A DNA stretch of 64,000 nucleotides from the human T2T-CHM13v2.0 reference genome, Homo sapiens, in the NCBI RefSeq assembly GCF_009914755.1, contig NC_060934.1; one strand, 5' to 3'. Below are positions 31,507 through 46,753 of this stretch, in pieces. A model generated the notes under the pieces. The model searched no databases, was not told where the DNA came from, and saw only the letters and a list, made by a program, of their open reading frames with translations. The stretch's first letter is position 1; each line of letters starts with the position of its first letter. The position numbers and the translations under genes are program-made.

Positions 31507-32397
31507 CTAAATGGAAAAAAGCTCAAGTCGTAAACCAGCTCATTATAATGTGAATCATTCCCACTTTTTAAAATTAGACATAGTGCCTAGCCCTGAGGAC
31601 CATCAGTAAGCACCTAACCATCTTTCATGCTACTATGAGGAGTAGGGTTAATTCATATAAAGCACCCAACAGAGAGATAATCATGGTCACACATTGTATC
31701 TATTACTAGCATTGTAACTGAGTTTTATTCATCTATTAAATTAATGAATCACTTCATTTTGAAGTTGTGGGAAATGCACAGAAATAGAAGATATAGCCCC
31801 TACTCTCACTAAGTTTATAAGCTAGTTGGAGAGACATAGATGGCTAATCTAGGAGATAATTCAAAGGCTATATAATTAAGGACTAGAATGAGTAATAAAT
31901 ATCGCAAAGGAATTTACAATTCAGAGAAAAAATAGATTATGATAGATATATGACTCAACATTCACAGATCTCATAGAGACTGCTACAGTAATGGTGTAGC
32001 ACAGAAAACACTGGCTAAACTGGATATTTCTACTCAGTCTTTCATGAGAGGTTATACTGGCTAAATGATCAAACCTCACATTAAAGAGACTTCAGTTTTT
32101 GCAGACTGATGCTCTTTTGCTTATTTCTTGTTTTAGCTTTAACAGGGAAAATTATTCTACAGAATTAACCTATATAATTTATCAGATTCATAGAAAATTA
32201 AAATGTACAATTTTAGGATGACAAACCTTTAAGATTTTTGAGGTTCAGCGTTATCTAGCCATTATCGTTTTATACTGTTGGGTCTGCAGCAACCACTTTA
32301 TGTATGTATATATTTGATTTCCCAAGTTTATTTGCCTAGAGTTAGTGGTAGAGCCCAAATAAGATGCAATCAAAGCTTACTTTCCACTCTTCTAGAC

Positions 32398-32590
32398 CAG
32401 AGGTCAGCAAACTTTTTATATAAACAGCCAGATAGTGAATGTTTCAGTTTTGCAGGTTATGTAGACTTTGTCACAACTACTTAACTCTGCACTTACTGTA
32501 TGAAGGTGAACACAGACAACACATAAAAGAATGTATGCAGCTGGATTCCAGAAAACCTTTATTTACAAAACTGGCATAGTTTTCCAATGC
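32398..32590. mobile_element. MER58A relic
   Basis: cagaggtcagcaaacttttt..gccagatagt..gtcacaactactt..ctttatttacaaaa. Confidence 0.8.
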
Positions 32591-33807
32591 GTTTAAGTCT
32601 AGTGAATGTCCTTTCCTCTGTGAGAAAGTCAAAGGAGATACTGTCTGGAAAAGTACTTTGAACACTATAGATCACTACAATGTCAATTATTAATGCTTAT
32701 CTCATATGTTAAATGTAAGAATTAAATGGGTTAATGTACACAGAGTACTTAAAAGTATCCTAATACTCTGCAAGTGCTCATAAAATATTACCAATTATTT
32801 CTATTTAATATTATTACTATTTTTCTTCTCTGTTCAAAACCTTCATGGACTTCATATGACCTTAGGATAGCTGTAAATTCTGTAGGCCTGGGCATGAAGC
32901 CCTGCACTAGCTAATTTTATTCTGCTTTCCTGGACTCTTTCTCCCTCATAAGCCCATGTCCATTCTCTTTTTAATCTTCTTGAGAGTACTTCTGTTTTCC
33001 TCTCTCTCTTTCTGCTTCAGTGTCCTCCTGCATGCCCTAGCAGCTGCCTAAAATTTGCCCACCCTTTAAGGTACAGCTTACTTCTTGTCTTCTCTAAGAC
33101 AATTTCCCTGAATATAAGAGTAAAATGGCAGGAATTTCATATTTAGAGAGTGCTTACTATGTCCTAGTTATTGTGCTAAGTTCTTTACATAAATTAACTC
33201 ATTTATCTTCAGAAGTATCCATAATAAGGAAGATGTAATTATTCCCAATAAACAGATGGAAGAATTGAGATTCATAGGTGTCAACTAGTTTTCTCAAGAT
33301 CAAATAGCCAGGACCTAGACAATTTGTCTCTAGCACACATCCCCTCTTTACTACTGCACTGCTACTTTAAATGGAGTAAGATTATCCCTCCTCTAAACCC
33401 TTAAAAGAATCCTTACGATTTACTTGATAGGAATTCTTTATACCTTGTATGATTTTCTTCCTGGTGTGACTGTGTGAAATTCAAGCTCCTTGAGGGCCTC
33501 CTTGTGTTCCAGATATTCAAAGCTGGTAATCAGGAGGTCCATACCAGTAACTGTACCAGTTTAAATGTGGAAATATCTGCATAATAATTGGTTATTACCA
33601 CATCCCCAAACCCTCCAAGCATCTCACTTACCAACCCAGCTATGCTGATCCCTGTCCTTAGAGTCCTTGCTTCTCACAATTAGGAAACTTATGGGTTAAC
33701 ACCTAGCCTATGAGGGGGTCACCAAAACTCCGCTCCAGACATAAGATAACTGCCCATGCTGGTTGGTCATTGTTATGCCTAAGCAATTTGAACATCATTC
33801 CATCTGA

Positions 33808-34107
33808 TTTTTTTTTTTTGTTTGAGACAGTCTCGCTCTGTTGCCCAGGCTTTACTTGGCTCACTGCGGCTTTATTATGGCTCACTGCAGCTTCCACCTC
33901 CTGGGTTCAAGCGATTCTCTCGCCTCAGCCATCCAAGTAGCTGGGATTACAGGCATGTACCACCACGAATGGCTAATTTTTGTATTTTTAGTAGAGATGG
34001 CATTTCACCATATTGGCCAGGCTGGTCTCAAACTCCTGGCTTCCAGGGATCTGCCCACCTCAGCCTCCCAAAGTGCTGACTAAAGACATGAGCCACCACG
34101 CCTGGCC
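33808..34107 (-). mobile_element. AluS/J with internal duplication-replacement
   Basis: Alu dimer; gcttta..tggctcactgc twice; TSD catctgat. Confidence 0.92.
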
Positions 34108-35221
34108 TCATCTGATATTTATTTTTTTAAAAATCCTTTGTAGTTGCTTTTAAGTATATGTAAAAGAGAAAATAAGGGCAGGTGAGAGAGAGAAGGAAAT
34201 AAAACACAAAATGCAGACACTGGTGTATGATAGCATCCTGGTACCAGCAATAGTAGCAAAAAAATGACCAGTGATGTCACCCAGGTTAATTGTGGCATCT
34301 CAGTGAGTTTCACCATGCATCAGAGACTGTCTACAGGTTTCAGAGGCAAGGCACTGTGCAAACTGAAGTCAGGTTATGATTTTTAATCACTCAACATCCA
34401 AGCACACCTGTGATTCTCTCTTGGTGGGCAGCTATAGAAACACTGGTTCACCATCACCACTAGCATCATCAGCTAGAGAATATTCTTTTGTTTGTCACTG
34501 TTCTGATCAATCATTACCTTAGGCTTTCCTGAATCCTGCAATAACAGGAGTTCTGCTTAAATCCAAAGCACGAATCCATCCCCCCGGGACTATGCCACAG
34601 AAAAGGCTGTTGGTAATTTTTTTAAATGCTCATTAAAAACCATTCTGAAACCATTTTATTTCCTGTATGAAAATGGCATCACATTAGCCCTACCAGACCT
34701 GTCCCTGAAATTTAGAAGAAAATTGTGCCGTAATACAGAGTTCATTTACTCAAGTAAGCACACACCTGCTTTTTGCATTACAGAATGGTTCTATTTTCAT
34801 CCCAGCAGCTGTCCCTGGGTCTGAGTTACATAAATGAATAATGCATTTAATATGTTATTAAATGGGGCTGCTACCTCCGTAATAACAAGGCAACTTATGA
34901 TTATGTTGGACCTGCGCTCTGAATATTACTGGGATGCATTTAGTTGGTAAAGCATTCTTCAATCTGCCAAGAAGAAAAGTGCTTTGTAATGGCAAGGGAG
35001 TCTTTGTACAATTACTGAAAAGGAAACATTCTGCAAATGTGCCTTTGATATTACCGATGGCTCACCAGTAGATAGGATCTTACTACTCCAACAACCCCAA
35101 TTTTTAGCTATTCTCTTCCTCCCTATTTTGATATGCTTCTGTCACATTTTCCTTTTTGCCCCTACCCTCTTTGACTTTGCTTCTTTGCTACCTGGAAGTC
35201 TTAAAAAAGATGAAGGCAATA

Positions 35222-35597
<376 letters not shown>

Positions 35598-35884
35598 CTA
35601 TTTAGTAGGTTTTTTTTTTTTGACATTTTGAGGTGGTGATGGCAAGATACAGATGTTTTTGAGTATTCAGTGTATACTAAGGTGACAGTAGCTTAGTAGC
35701 TTAGTAGATCTCAACCCCGTCTACCCTTTGGAATTAGCTGGGGGTACTTTTAAAATAGATGGATACCCAGGCTCTGCAAACAGAAATGCTGATTTAATTG
35801 AGAATTATGGGGATCAGTTTGTTTTTGTTTTTAGGTTCCCCTGGTGATGCTAGTTTGCAGCCAAGGTTAAAGACTACAAATTTA

Positions 35885-36570
35885 AGAAGTCAAAAACAAT
35901 AGATGTTGGTGTGGATGTGCTGAAAAGAGAACGCTTATATATGGGGTAGGAATGTAGATTAGTACAAATTAGTACCACGTCTATGGAAAGCAGAATGGAG
36001 ATTTCTTAAATAACTAAAATTAGATCTACCATTCAATCCCGCAATCCCACTACTGGGCATCTACCAAAAGGAAAAGAAGTCATTATAGCAAAAAGACACC
36101 TGTACATGTATGCTTATCACAGCACAATTCACAATTGCAAAGATATGGAACCAACTTAAGTGCCTATCAGCTGATGAGTGGATAAAGGAAATGTGGTGTA
36201 CATACACCATGGAATACTACTCAGTCATAAAAAAAGAATGAAATAATGTCTTTTGCAGCAACTTGGATGGAGCTGGAGGCCATTATTCTATATGAAGTAA
36301 CTCAGGAATGGAAAATCAAATACCACATGTTGTTACCTATAAGTGGGAGCTAAGCTATGGGTACACAAAGGCATAGAGAGTGGTATAATGAACTTTGGAG
36401 AGTCAGAAAGGGTGAGGGAGGAAGGAGGGTGACAGAGAAAAAACTACATATTGGATACAATGTATGCTACTCAGATGACGGATGCACTAAAATCTCAGGC
36501 TTCATCACTACACAATCCATCCATGTAACCGAAGACCACTTGTACTCCAAAAGGTATTGAAATAATATAT
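35885..36570 (+). mobile_element. L1PB-like 3' end (ORF2 end plus 3'UTR), preceded by a MER5-like relic at about 35705-35880
   Basis: gcaatcccactactgg..atggaatactactcag..gagctggaggccattatt..taagtgggagctaagctatg. Confidence 0.88.
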
Positions 36571-36610
36571 ATAATAAATATATATTATATATCTCAAAAA
36601 TATATAACAC

Positions 36611-36614
<4 letters not shown>

Positions 36615-36641
<27 letters not shown>
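36615..36641. repeat. (TG)13 microsatellite
   Basis: Dinucleotide run after the L1 tail. Confidence 0.93.
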
Positions 36642-39214
36642 ATTTTTTTCAAGAAAATAAATAAACACTACTGACCTGAAGGTTAAAACTAGTGTTGTAG
36701 AACCAAATTGTCGGAGTTTAAATTCATTCTCTTACTCTATGAATTTGGGCAATTTACCCATCCTCTCTCAAATCTTTGATTCTTTGCCTACAAATTAGGG
36801 ATAATTATGGAATCTTTTCCTAAAGTTCTTGGGAAGATTAAATGAGACAATGCATTGAAAAGGGCTTAGCATAGATTTCAGCACATTTAGAACGTTAATA
36901 AATATTAAAATATAAAAAGTTAGAAAAAAGTATTTAAGTATCAAATATTAACTTGCTATGATATTTCAAGTTCCCCCAAAATAAAAGTGACGTTCTTATT
37001 GCCAAGGTCGTCTTAAGATGAAATCCAATTATGTCAATTCCTTTCTTAAAATCATTCAAAATTTCCCATGGGCTTATTCTAAAGAGTAAAGTTCAGGTTT
37101 AAAGTAAAGATCCACGACCTGACCTCAATGCATTTTTCTAGCATCATCCATGGCCTGACATGCGCCCTGAACCAAGCCATTCTGTATACTAAATGCCTTC
37201 TTTTGCCTGTGCTGTTCATTCTGCCCGGGATGCTCTTTCCTACTGGCAAACTTCTACTCATCCTTAAAAAAAAAAAAATCAGCTTCAAAATCATGCTTTT
37301 TGTGAAACCTCCTCTTCCCTTTTGTCACGGTAGTTATCACATGCAACCAAGGTGAAACTGGAACTCTAGGTCTTCTTGTACCCCAGGGGGTGTTACTGTC
37401 ATTGAGCAACGGTGGTCCTCATTTGCACTCACAATAAAAAAAAAGCATAAATAGTTTAATTTCTTGGCTTGTGCTATGTGCATTTGCTTTCAAGGGAAAA
37501 TACTGCCTTGTTACAATGACACTAGGCTTAATGAAGCAGGAAATGAAGGAAGCCTTGGGGATGGAGAAGGGGGCTAATTCTTGATAGAGTATGTGGCTAA
37601 GACTTAAAATCTTCCAAATCCACCACCTTAGTAATGTAGGTGTGCAATGACAAAACAGCTATATGTGTTATGTTCATGTGTGTAAATTAAAAGAGCTATG
37701 TAACTATAGATCTCTCACATGAAGATACAGGGCTACGATGGCATGGCTTAACAATTAGGGTAGAGAGAGATTCTTCTACCCCTGCATCCAGAGAAACTGC
37801 TTCTGAAAAAGCAGTAGTGGTGGCAGCCTAGATTTCCTGATCTCCTATTATATATACCAGAATAGGGATTATACCAGACTTCCAGGCTGACAGACCTCAT
37901 TGGTGGCTGTATATTAACCATTGTGACTCTTCATCAATAGACACAGGCAGCCCCAAAATGGTCATTTATTCTTTAACTGGGATCCCATGTGACAAAGTAT
38001 GCTCAGGAGTGACAATGTGTCCACATATCAACAATAATCTTATGTAGCAGCCATAGCATCAGCAATCAGGAATAGACTTCCATGGCTGGCTAAGCAGGCT
38101 TTCCAAGTTTCTCTCTTCAAGGCAACAGCTCTTTGGACTATTCCCCTCAATGGAGTAAACAGACCTAGAAATTAGCGGATAGGCATAAGACAGAAGACCA
38201 GGTAAAAAGAAGAAAGCTTCTCTTGCATTAAGCAGGATGGAAGCAGACGTCATTTAATTTGAATAGTAATAGGAATGTGACTTCATTTTGAACATGAGCT
38301 TGATGAAATGGTGAACTGGGACATATGGCCACACACACTTCACTAAATCACTTAATATCGAGAATCATACTGATTGAGAATGGCTCACAGAATCCACTAT
38401 CTGAGCCTACCAGTTGTACGACTAAGTTAATATGAATTTGTTTTCTATCTTTTGAGGGCCTACAGTCCAAGGAATTCTAATATTGAATCCTTTCAATTGG
38501 TCATGGAAATGTTAAAGCTTGAAGGGGTCTCTAAGATCATCCAACACTATCCTTTTGCTTTTCACATAAGGAAAAGGAAACACAGTTTAGAGAGTTGCAC
38601 CTCACACAGGGGATGACTGGCACGTCTGGGACTCTGGACTAAGTCTGGTGTTCTCTTGCCACTGTACCATAGCACCAGGATAAGAATTGTTAATGCCAAG
38701 GCCATTGATGTGGGCAAGAATCGCCATGTGAGAAAGCAAGTCTCCATGTACAGTGATATTCACCTTTTCCTTCATTTCCCAACCCCAGTGTCATGCATGA
38801 AAAGATGGAAAACCTCATTTAAGAAAGGTTTTCTTAAGAAAGTTTTCTTCAGAAAGTTGACTCTGTAGCAACCAACAATTATTGAGTGTGTGCAGTGAGG
38901 CTGTATGGTTCTTGGCTAGAAAACAGCTACAGAGGCCCCTGCAGTGATGAGTCTGTAAATAATGCAAGTGATTGCCTTTTTGTGGACTTTAAACACATGC
39001 ACCATTTTTAGGGCCAATTATTCTCCTTGACGCACACTGAAAAGTATCCTTGAGAGGAGATCAGACCAAACATCAAAACCCCCACAAGGCAACCAAAACA
39101 GAATCACCTGGAAAAGACCAAAGCTCCAGAGACACTGGAAATAGCAAATCCAGGAAGTGGCAGGTTAGCAGAATCTAAGTGTTTTATGGCTTATGTAGAG
39201 AGGAAGTTTTCAAG

Positions 39215-39440
39215 TTTTTATTTTTAATTGACATATTATACATATTTATAAGGTACAGTGTGATGTTTTGATACATATATACATTGTGTAATGATTAAAT
39301 CCATCATATCCATCACCTCAAACATTTATCCTTTCTTTGTGGTGAGAATATTCAAACTTCTCTCTTCTGGCTATTTTGAAATCCACAACATGCTATTATT
39401 AACTATAGTCACTCTACTGTGAAATGAAACACCAAAAGTT
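39215..39440 (-). mobile_element. L1MA 3' fragment
   Basis: catatttataaggtacagtgtgatgttttgatac..ctattttgaaat. Confidence 0.75.
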
Positions 39441-39610
39441 ATTTATAAAAAGCATCTTTTAAAACATTCCAAATGTATCTTGATAGTATAAACATAACTA
39501 TTTTGCTAGAATTTATGTGTGTATTTTTTCTTGGACCCACTGTATATTTGTAAATAGATACCTAACTTAAACTTTTTAAAAATGTCTTTATTGTATAAAT
39601 ATCCCCATTG

Positions 39611-39716
39611 GAATCTCTTGAATCCAGGAGGCAGAGGTTGCAGTGAGCTGAGATCACGCCACTGCACTCCATCTTGGGCAATAGAGTGAGACTCCGTCTC
39701 AAAAAAAAAAAAAAAA
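39611..39716 (+). mobile_element. Severely 5'-truncated Alu (right-arm 3' part)
   Basis: gaatctcttgaatccaggagg...A tail; TSD tccccattg. Confidence 0.9.
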
Positions 39717-42700
39717 GTCCCCATTGCATATTGAGAAACTAACCCTGAAGAGCAGTAAGAACTGTCTTTGTACCTTCTTCCATGAGGAATTAATGGCCCC
39801 TATAAAGAAACTCTACAGATAGAAATTTCTAAACGTACTTTATAAAGCACCTCTAGAAATATCTCCAGCTTAATAGCAGGAAGAAATCTTTCCCTTGAGA
39901 AGATTATCTTGGTTTCTTAGAATAAACCAACCCACTGCCCACTTTATTTTATATTTACAGAATCTTTTACCACTGGCATGAAACAAGTAACATGCTAGTT
40001 AATTTAGCAACTTAAATTTTGCAGTATGCTCCCCGGTTCCAAAACAGTATAAACAAGATTTAACCATATATAAGTATCACTGAATGAGCTTGTGCTTGTG
40101 GATGTGCATACTGAGATATTTATAGATACCGAAAGAGAAACAAAGAGGAATAAATTTGGGGTTATTTCGGCACTAACATGAAATAAAATACAAATGAATA
40201 CTGCTTTCATTTTATTTGAGCAAAAGGAACTCGTTCAGTAATCAGCTAAACACATTATCTGGCCTGAGTGGCATAAAGGGACAGACGTGCTTTGGTGTAC
40301 AGTGCTTTCATCACTTTCTAATTATGTAACTTTATGAGCCGCATAGGTTACTATTTTTGTTTTACAAATGAGAAAACAGAGACTTACATTAAATATGTCT
40401 CAGATATTATTACTGCAGTGACAATTAAACATCAAATACATGTCTGGACTGTGGATTCATAATAAAAGTAAGTTTTTTCCCTTCTTTCTTTACTCTAGAG
40501 GAGTCTTCAGACAATAACTATTGGTGATGACACACATTTTGTAAGGTGATGACTATGTGCTAGGCATTGTGCTACATGCTTTACATACAGTGTGACATTT
40601 AATCAAATTCTGAAGGCAAATAGCAAAATGTTATAGGTTAAGGAACTAAGGTCAAGGAAACAAAGTCACTTACTAAACATAACAGTAAATGGCAGAGGTT
40701 AGATTGAACATCCTTAATTGTTTCATTCCAATTACTCACTTTTTCACCGAACAAAACATCCCCAATTGTATTTCACTCTCAATCCCTAACAGGCTAAGGC
40801 CCCAGTACCAGCCTCCTTGCTTTCCACCTTCATGTCAAATGACATGTAGAAGCTGTGAGGACAGAGGCTGAATAGAGGCAGGGAGCCAATCGTGGAGAAC
40901 ACAGCAGGCTCTACTGTTCCACTGTGTGGGTATGAGAAACCCTGACGCCACTGGACCAAGGAGCAGGACTGGTGGTTACAGCCACCTGGAGGGACATTCT
41001 GCACCAAGTTCACTTTTTATTCCATCCATCCTTTCTAAGTCCTAGCCAGCAACTAAAACAAAAATTGTGCAACCATTCACTTCTACATAGTAAAGATGAT
41101 AAATATTTTGGCATCTCATCAAAATAGCATTTTATTGGGCACAATAATAACCGATGCCAGGATTTCCCCATCATGGAGAAGCAGGTAAACCTGAGAACAC
41201 TGCCATATACACAGGGTAATAAGCTGACAGTGAAAGTAACCATAGACATTTATAAAGTGAGTTATTTAAGAACTTTTTTTTTTTAAAGGAATGATTTCCT
41301 GCATGCTTCCAAATAAACTCTCAGAAAGGTGATGCTGGGAGGTTTGGTCATTCACCCCACTTAATTCATTTTCCCACTGCATGTCTGTATCATGAGCTAT
41401 GCTGTAAGAAAAGTGTGAGACAAATGAGGTGCCCAGGGAGCAACATTTATGAAGGGGCTCACTCTCTGGCCAGCCCTACACTTGCGATTCCTTTGCACTT
41501 CATCCCAGCCCTGAGGCTAATACAGATTCTGCACTGACTGAGCATGAGGTGACCATGGATGGCTTAAAATGGCACTGGACACAGGGTTCCCAGTGGCTGC
41601 TTAACTCTATAAGCATGCAGGCATTGGCATCTGGGCTTGTCCTTGAGAAAACTACTATTGTGGCCCTTCCCCAGGATCATTTCTTGTTCTTTTTGCATGA
41701 AATGACCTTCCTCACCTTATTAATTTGGCTAAATCCTACTTCTCCTTCCCCTCAGCTTTCCTTTACAGAATCCACTGGCATTTGAATTTTAAAGGAGGAC
41801 GGCACTTAATACAAATGAATCTCTAATTTTTGGGACTCACAGGCAGCCCATGAGCAGGAAGCCAGTGTTTTAACCCTTACAAGGGAGAGATGTGGCAATG
41901 TCTGATACCCAGGTCTGAGACGTACCCAGTTGGCTGAGTGGAATTTGCATTATGAGCTAACAGAAACACCTCCAATTGCCAAAAGAGACTTAATTATCTT
42001 TGTATTATTTGTATAACAAGTTTTATGGGATGAGAATATTAACTGCAGCATTATTTATAGTGGCAGAAAAAACAAAATAACCCAAACATCCATGGAAGAA
42101 GGATAACTGATAATATTATAATAATACTTAATACTATGAAATTAAAGAAATGAGAAAGTGCCCTTATATACTCTGGCTTAGAAAGATGTTTAAGACATAT
42201 TTTTGAATGAAAAAGGAAAATAGAAGAACAATGTATCTAGTAGGAAATCACATATAAAAACAACCTCCCAAATTAATTTGTGTATTTTCTCTTGGGACAA
42301 GTATTTACTAGCAAATGCAAAGACAAGTATTTAGAAGTATGCATATCAAACAGATCACAGTTGTGTGGGGAAAGGGGGCCAGGATTGGGATGATGATGTA
42401 AATTGGCTTTTAAACATATAAAACATACACATTTATTTTGTAACTAAATATTTTTTAAGTAAAAATCTAAATGTATAGTGTCAGCATTATTAGTGGCTAC
42501 AAGATTATATACTGAATCTGCTTATAAAATACCACTGAATCAACACATAGCCAAATGACATCTGTGGTGAGGGGCTGAAGTGACATTAAGGGAGGCAGAA
42601 AGTTCTTTTCCATCTTTTCCAAGTTCACCAACATTTTACCTCTTGCCAACTCTTGAGTTGGCTACAGACACTGCTAATGTGAATTCAGTGGTGTGAGGCC

Positions 42701-43311
42701 TTCTTTGTAGATGATTTCAGGCCTTTGTCCCAGCTAAGGGTCTTCGTGTTCCTAATGCAAAATGTGTAGCTTAGACAACATGCTGATCAGTGGGGTTATT
42801 ATTGACAACCACTCCCGTGACTTTAGTGTATAAGACCCTATTTGGGTATTCACTCCTCCACCTGTGAGCATCTTACTTATGAGAGCAGGACATTTACCAT
42901 ACCCGCTGATGGCTGGTATTTATCATATGTTCTCTTTACACTAGCTTGCTCACCAATGCTGATGCTTTTCTGCAAAATCTTTAAACGGAACAGACGAAAC
43001 CAGTGGACGTGGCAACTTAACAAAAATCATTTGGGGTCAGATGCTATCGTGTAATACCCACAGAAATGAACAGGCCCCTGAGAGTTAAGGTGGAGTCCTA
43101 GAAGGTAGTGTTGTAATTTCGTGACTACTAAACATAACAACTGCATTGACCAACATTTATATACCTGGATGCTTATTGCTAAGTCACATTTTAATTGACA
43201 TTATGATTTTAATTTTATATGGCATAGATGGTATTCTTTTTGAATATAAAATTACTTAATCGTCACTGATGTTTTATTTGATGTTAGTCAGAATTTATAA
43301 GATCTCAGATG

Positions 43312-43738
<427 letters not shown>

Positions 43739-44339
43739 CTAATATAACTTCCTTGACTGATTGAGCTGGTTAAAAAAAAAAATCAATTCTTAAATTAGCT
43801 TGAGGGGTTTCCAATGCCCTTTACAGTATCTAAACATGCTAGTACCAGCAAGTAATAAAACTCCTGTCTTTTGCATTCCTTCCCCATTAAGTTTAGTTAT
43901 TTTATTAACCTTTTCATTTTTTTCCTCCATGGTACTATGCTAAGACCTCACTGACCCATTGCTATAAAAGTGTTATTTATATTTCCTTGGATGTCGTGTT
44001 ATCATTCAAAAAAATCATAGCTTATTCCTTTATTCAAAGGTTCTAGGAATCCCTAACATCAGAAATAGGAATCATTACAATCCTTTTCTATGTGTTTTCC
44101 TTCCTTGAAAAGAATAGTATCTATTATTTTGATAATCTTTTATAAAAATTAAACACATTTAAAATTTCAAATACAGAGTACATAAATGGAAGTCTCACCC
44201 CCTCAAGTGGATTCTCTGTACTGTAGCTGGCTCAAGAAAGGAGAAGGGGCTTTGTCAAGTAAAACTGGCTGATTGGTAAGGTTCCTATCTCCTTACTTCT
44301 CCTTTCTCCTTCTTCCTTCCCTTTTTTTTTCTCTCTCTC

Positions 44340-44471
44340 TTTTTTTTTTTTTTTAATAGATGGGGGTTTCCCTATGTTGTCCAGGGTGGCCTTGAACTCC
44401 TGGACCCAAACGATCCTTCCACTTCAGCCTCCTGAGTAGCAGGGACTATAGGCATGTGCTACCACAATAGC
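44340..44471 (-). mobile_element. FLAM_A-like left Alu monomer
   Basis: Single arm after poly-T. Confidence 0.8.
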
Positions 44472-44784
44472 TTCTTTTTAACTTTTTATTATCAGAACTT
44501 TCAAATATGCATGAAGAAAAGTAATGTAATAAATTCCCATGTACTCATTACCCATCTCCAAAAATTATCAATACTTATCTGCTTTTTAACACATTAAAAC
44601 AAAACTCACAAAAATATGTATCTCTAAAAAATAAGACTTATTTTTTTCTTAGCCTAACCAAAATGACTTTATCATGCCTAAATATATAATTCTTTAATAT
44701 CACCTATGATGGGTAACTTAATATGCGAACTTGACTGCGCCATAGTATGCCCAGATATTTGGTCAAATGTTACACTTCTGTGGG

Positions 44785-45090
44785 TTTTTTGTTTGTTTGT
44801 TTGTTTTGAGACAGAGTCTCACTCTGCCGCCCAGGCTGGAGTGCAGTGGCACGATTTCAGCTCACTGTAAGCTCTGCCTCCCCTGGGTTCACGCCATTCT
44901 CCTGCCTCAGCCTCCCAAGTAGCTGGGACTACAGGCACCCACCACCACACCTGGCTAATTTTTTGTATTTTTAGTAGAGACAGGTTTTCACCATGTTAGC
45001 CAGGATGGTCTCGATCTCCTGACCTTGTGATCCGCCCACCTCACCCTCCCGAAATGCTGAGATTACAGGCGTGAGCCACTGCACCCGGCC
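44785..45090 (-). mobile_element. AluY inside MLT2
   Basis: ttcacgccattctc, gttagccaggatgg; TSD acttct(g/a)tg. Confidence 0.94.
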
Positions 45091-45496
45091 ACTTCTATGT
45101 ATTTTTAAATGAGATTAACATTTAAGTCAGTAGACTGAGTAAAGCAGATTGACTTCTCTAGTGAGGGTGGGCCTCATCCAATCAGCTGAAGGCCTGAATT
45201 CAGCAGGTTGACAGTTCCCAAAGTAAGAGAGAATTCCTTCTGCCTGATGGCATTCATATTGGAACACTGGCCTCTTTTCCTGCCTTCGGTCTTGAACCGA
45301 AAGATAGGCTCTTCCTGGGTCTCAGGTCTGCTGGCCTTTGGACTAGAACTACAACATTGGTTCTATGGTTTCAGGCCTTCAGATTCGAACTACAACTATA
45401 CTGTCAGCTCTCCTGGGTCTCCAGCTTGCTGACTTACCCTGCAGATCTTGGGACCCACCTACCTCCATAATCGAATGAGCCAATTCTTTACAATAA

Positions 45497-45821
<325 letters not shown>

Positions 45822-46639
45822 AATAAATCTCTTTCTAAATAAATATACATCCTATTGGTTTTGTTTCTCTGGAAAGCCCTAACTAATACATTACCTGAAT
45901 TAGTATATGTTCAATTTTCCTCAATGGCTCAAATGTGCCTTTTTACAGATCATTTGTTTGAATCAGAATTTAAATAGGTTCTACACACTATTTTAAAGTT
46001 TATAGATACCTACTACATTTGAGACAAATTTATGATTTTTTTTCCTTATTATGGTATTTCTTAAATAATATTGCATAAGCCCCATGACACAGAATATTAA
46101 ATACCAAATTTCAGAATGTGATTCTGGATTTACAAAGGTCAGAATGCATGTTTAAATGTGTCAAGACTGAACATAAAGAGAAAGCAAAATACATTCGTAT
46201 TAACACTAGTATACTTTTGAAAAGTCAGTGAGTTCCTTTTGTGATTCCAGGTTCCACATCTATAAAACAGAAAATGCAAATATTAAATATCTATTTGGCC
46301 TTCCTCATCATGGATACAATGACGGTAAAAGGTAACTTCACAGGATTAAATAGCTTGAAAACAAAGTGTCGAGAAAATGAAGACACTTTTAATATCATCA
46401 TTGTGATCTTCAATCAAGAAACATTTCTCTTTTTTCAATTTGCAACTGGAATCTTATTCTCACATGAAACTTGCACTATTAGTGCAAAGTTGTGCTTCAT
46501 TGTTAAAATGAACAAAAGCAATTACATTGTGCTGTAAGGAAATATGCTTGGTCCTTGATCAGAAGTAATTCTGTCAGTATAACACGTGCTGAAAGGCAGC
46601 AAAGGTTGGCCTCTCAAGGTCACTACTCCAGACACTTAC

Positions 46640-46753
46640 CCAGTACTATTGAGGTAACTCTGTCCCAAGCTGCAATCCTTTGACAGAGAGGATGGATTGA
46701 ACCAAAATGCCGGCAGGCACTGGCCATTGCTGTGTCGCTCATAACCATAGTCG
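46640..46753 (-). CDS. SORCS1: SORCS1 coding exon G (114 nt, phase 2-2): (C)DYGYERHSNGQCLPAFWFNPSSLSKDCSLGQSYLNST(G); 10CC
   Basis: Manual translation; CDYGY motif; taacag|C acceptor, TGG|gtaagt donor. Confidence 0.97.

Noticed and set aside
31507-31523. Upstream GAG that would add 15 nt in frame to exon H
   Set aside because: GAG acceptor with no pyrimidine tract upstream; unlikely to be used
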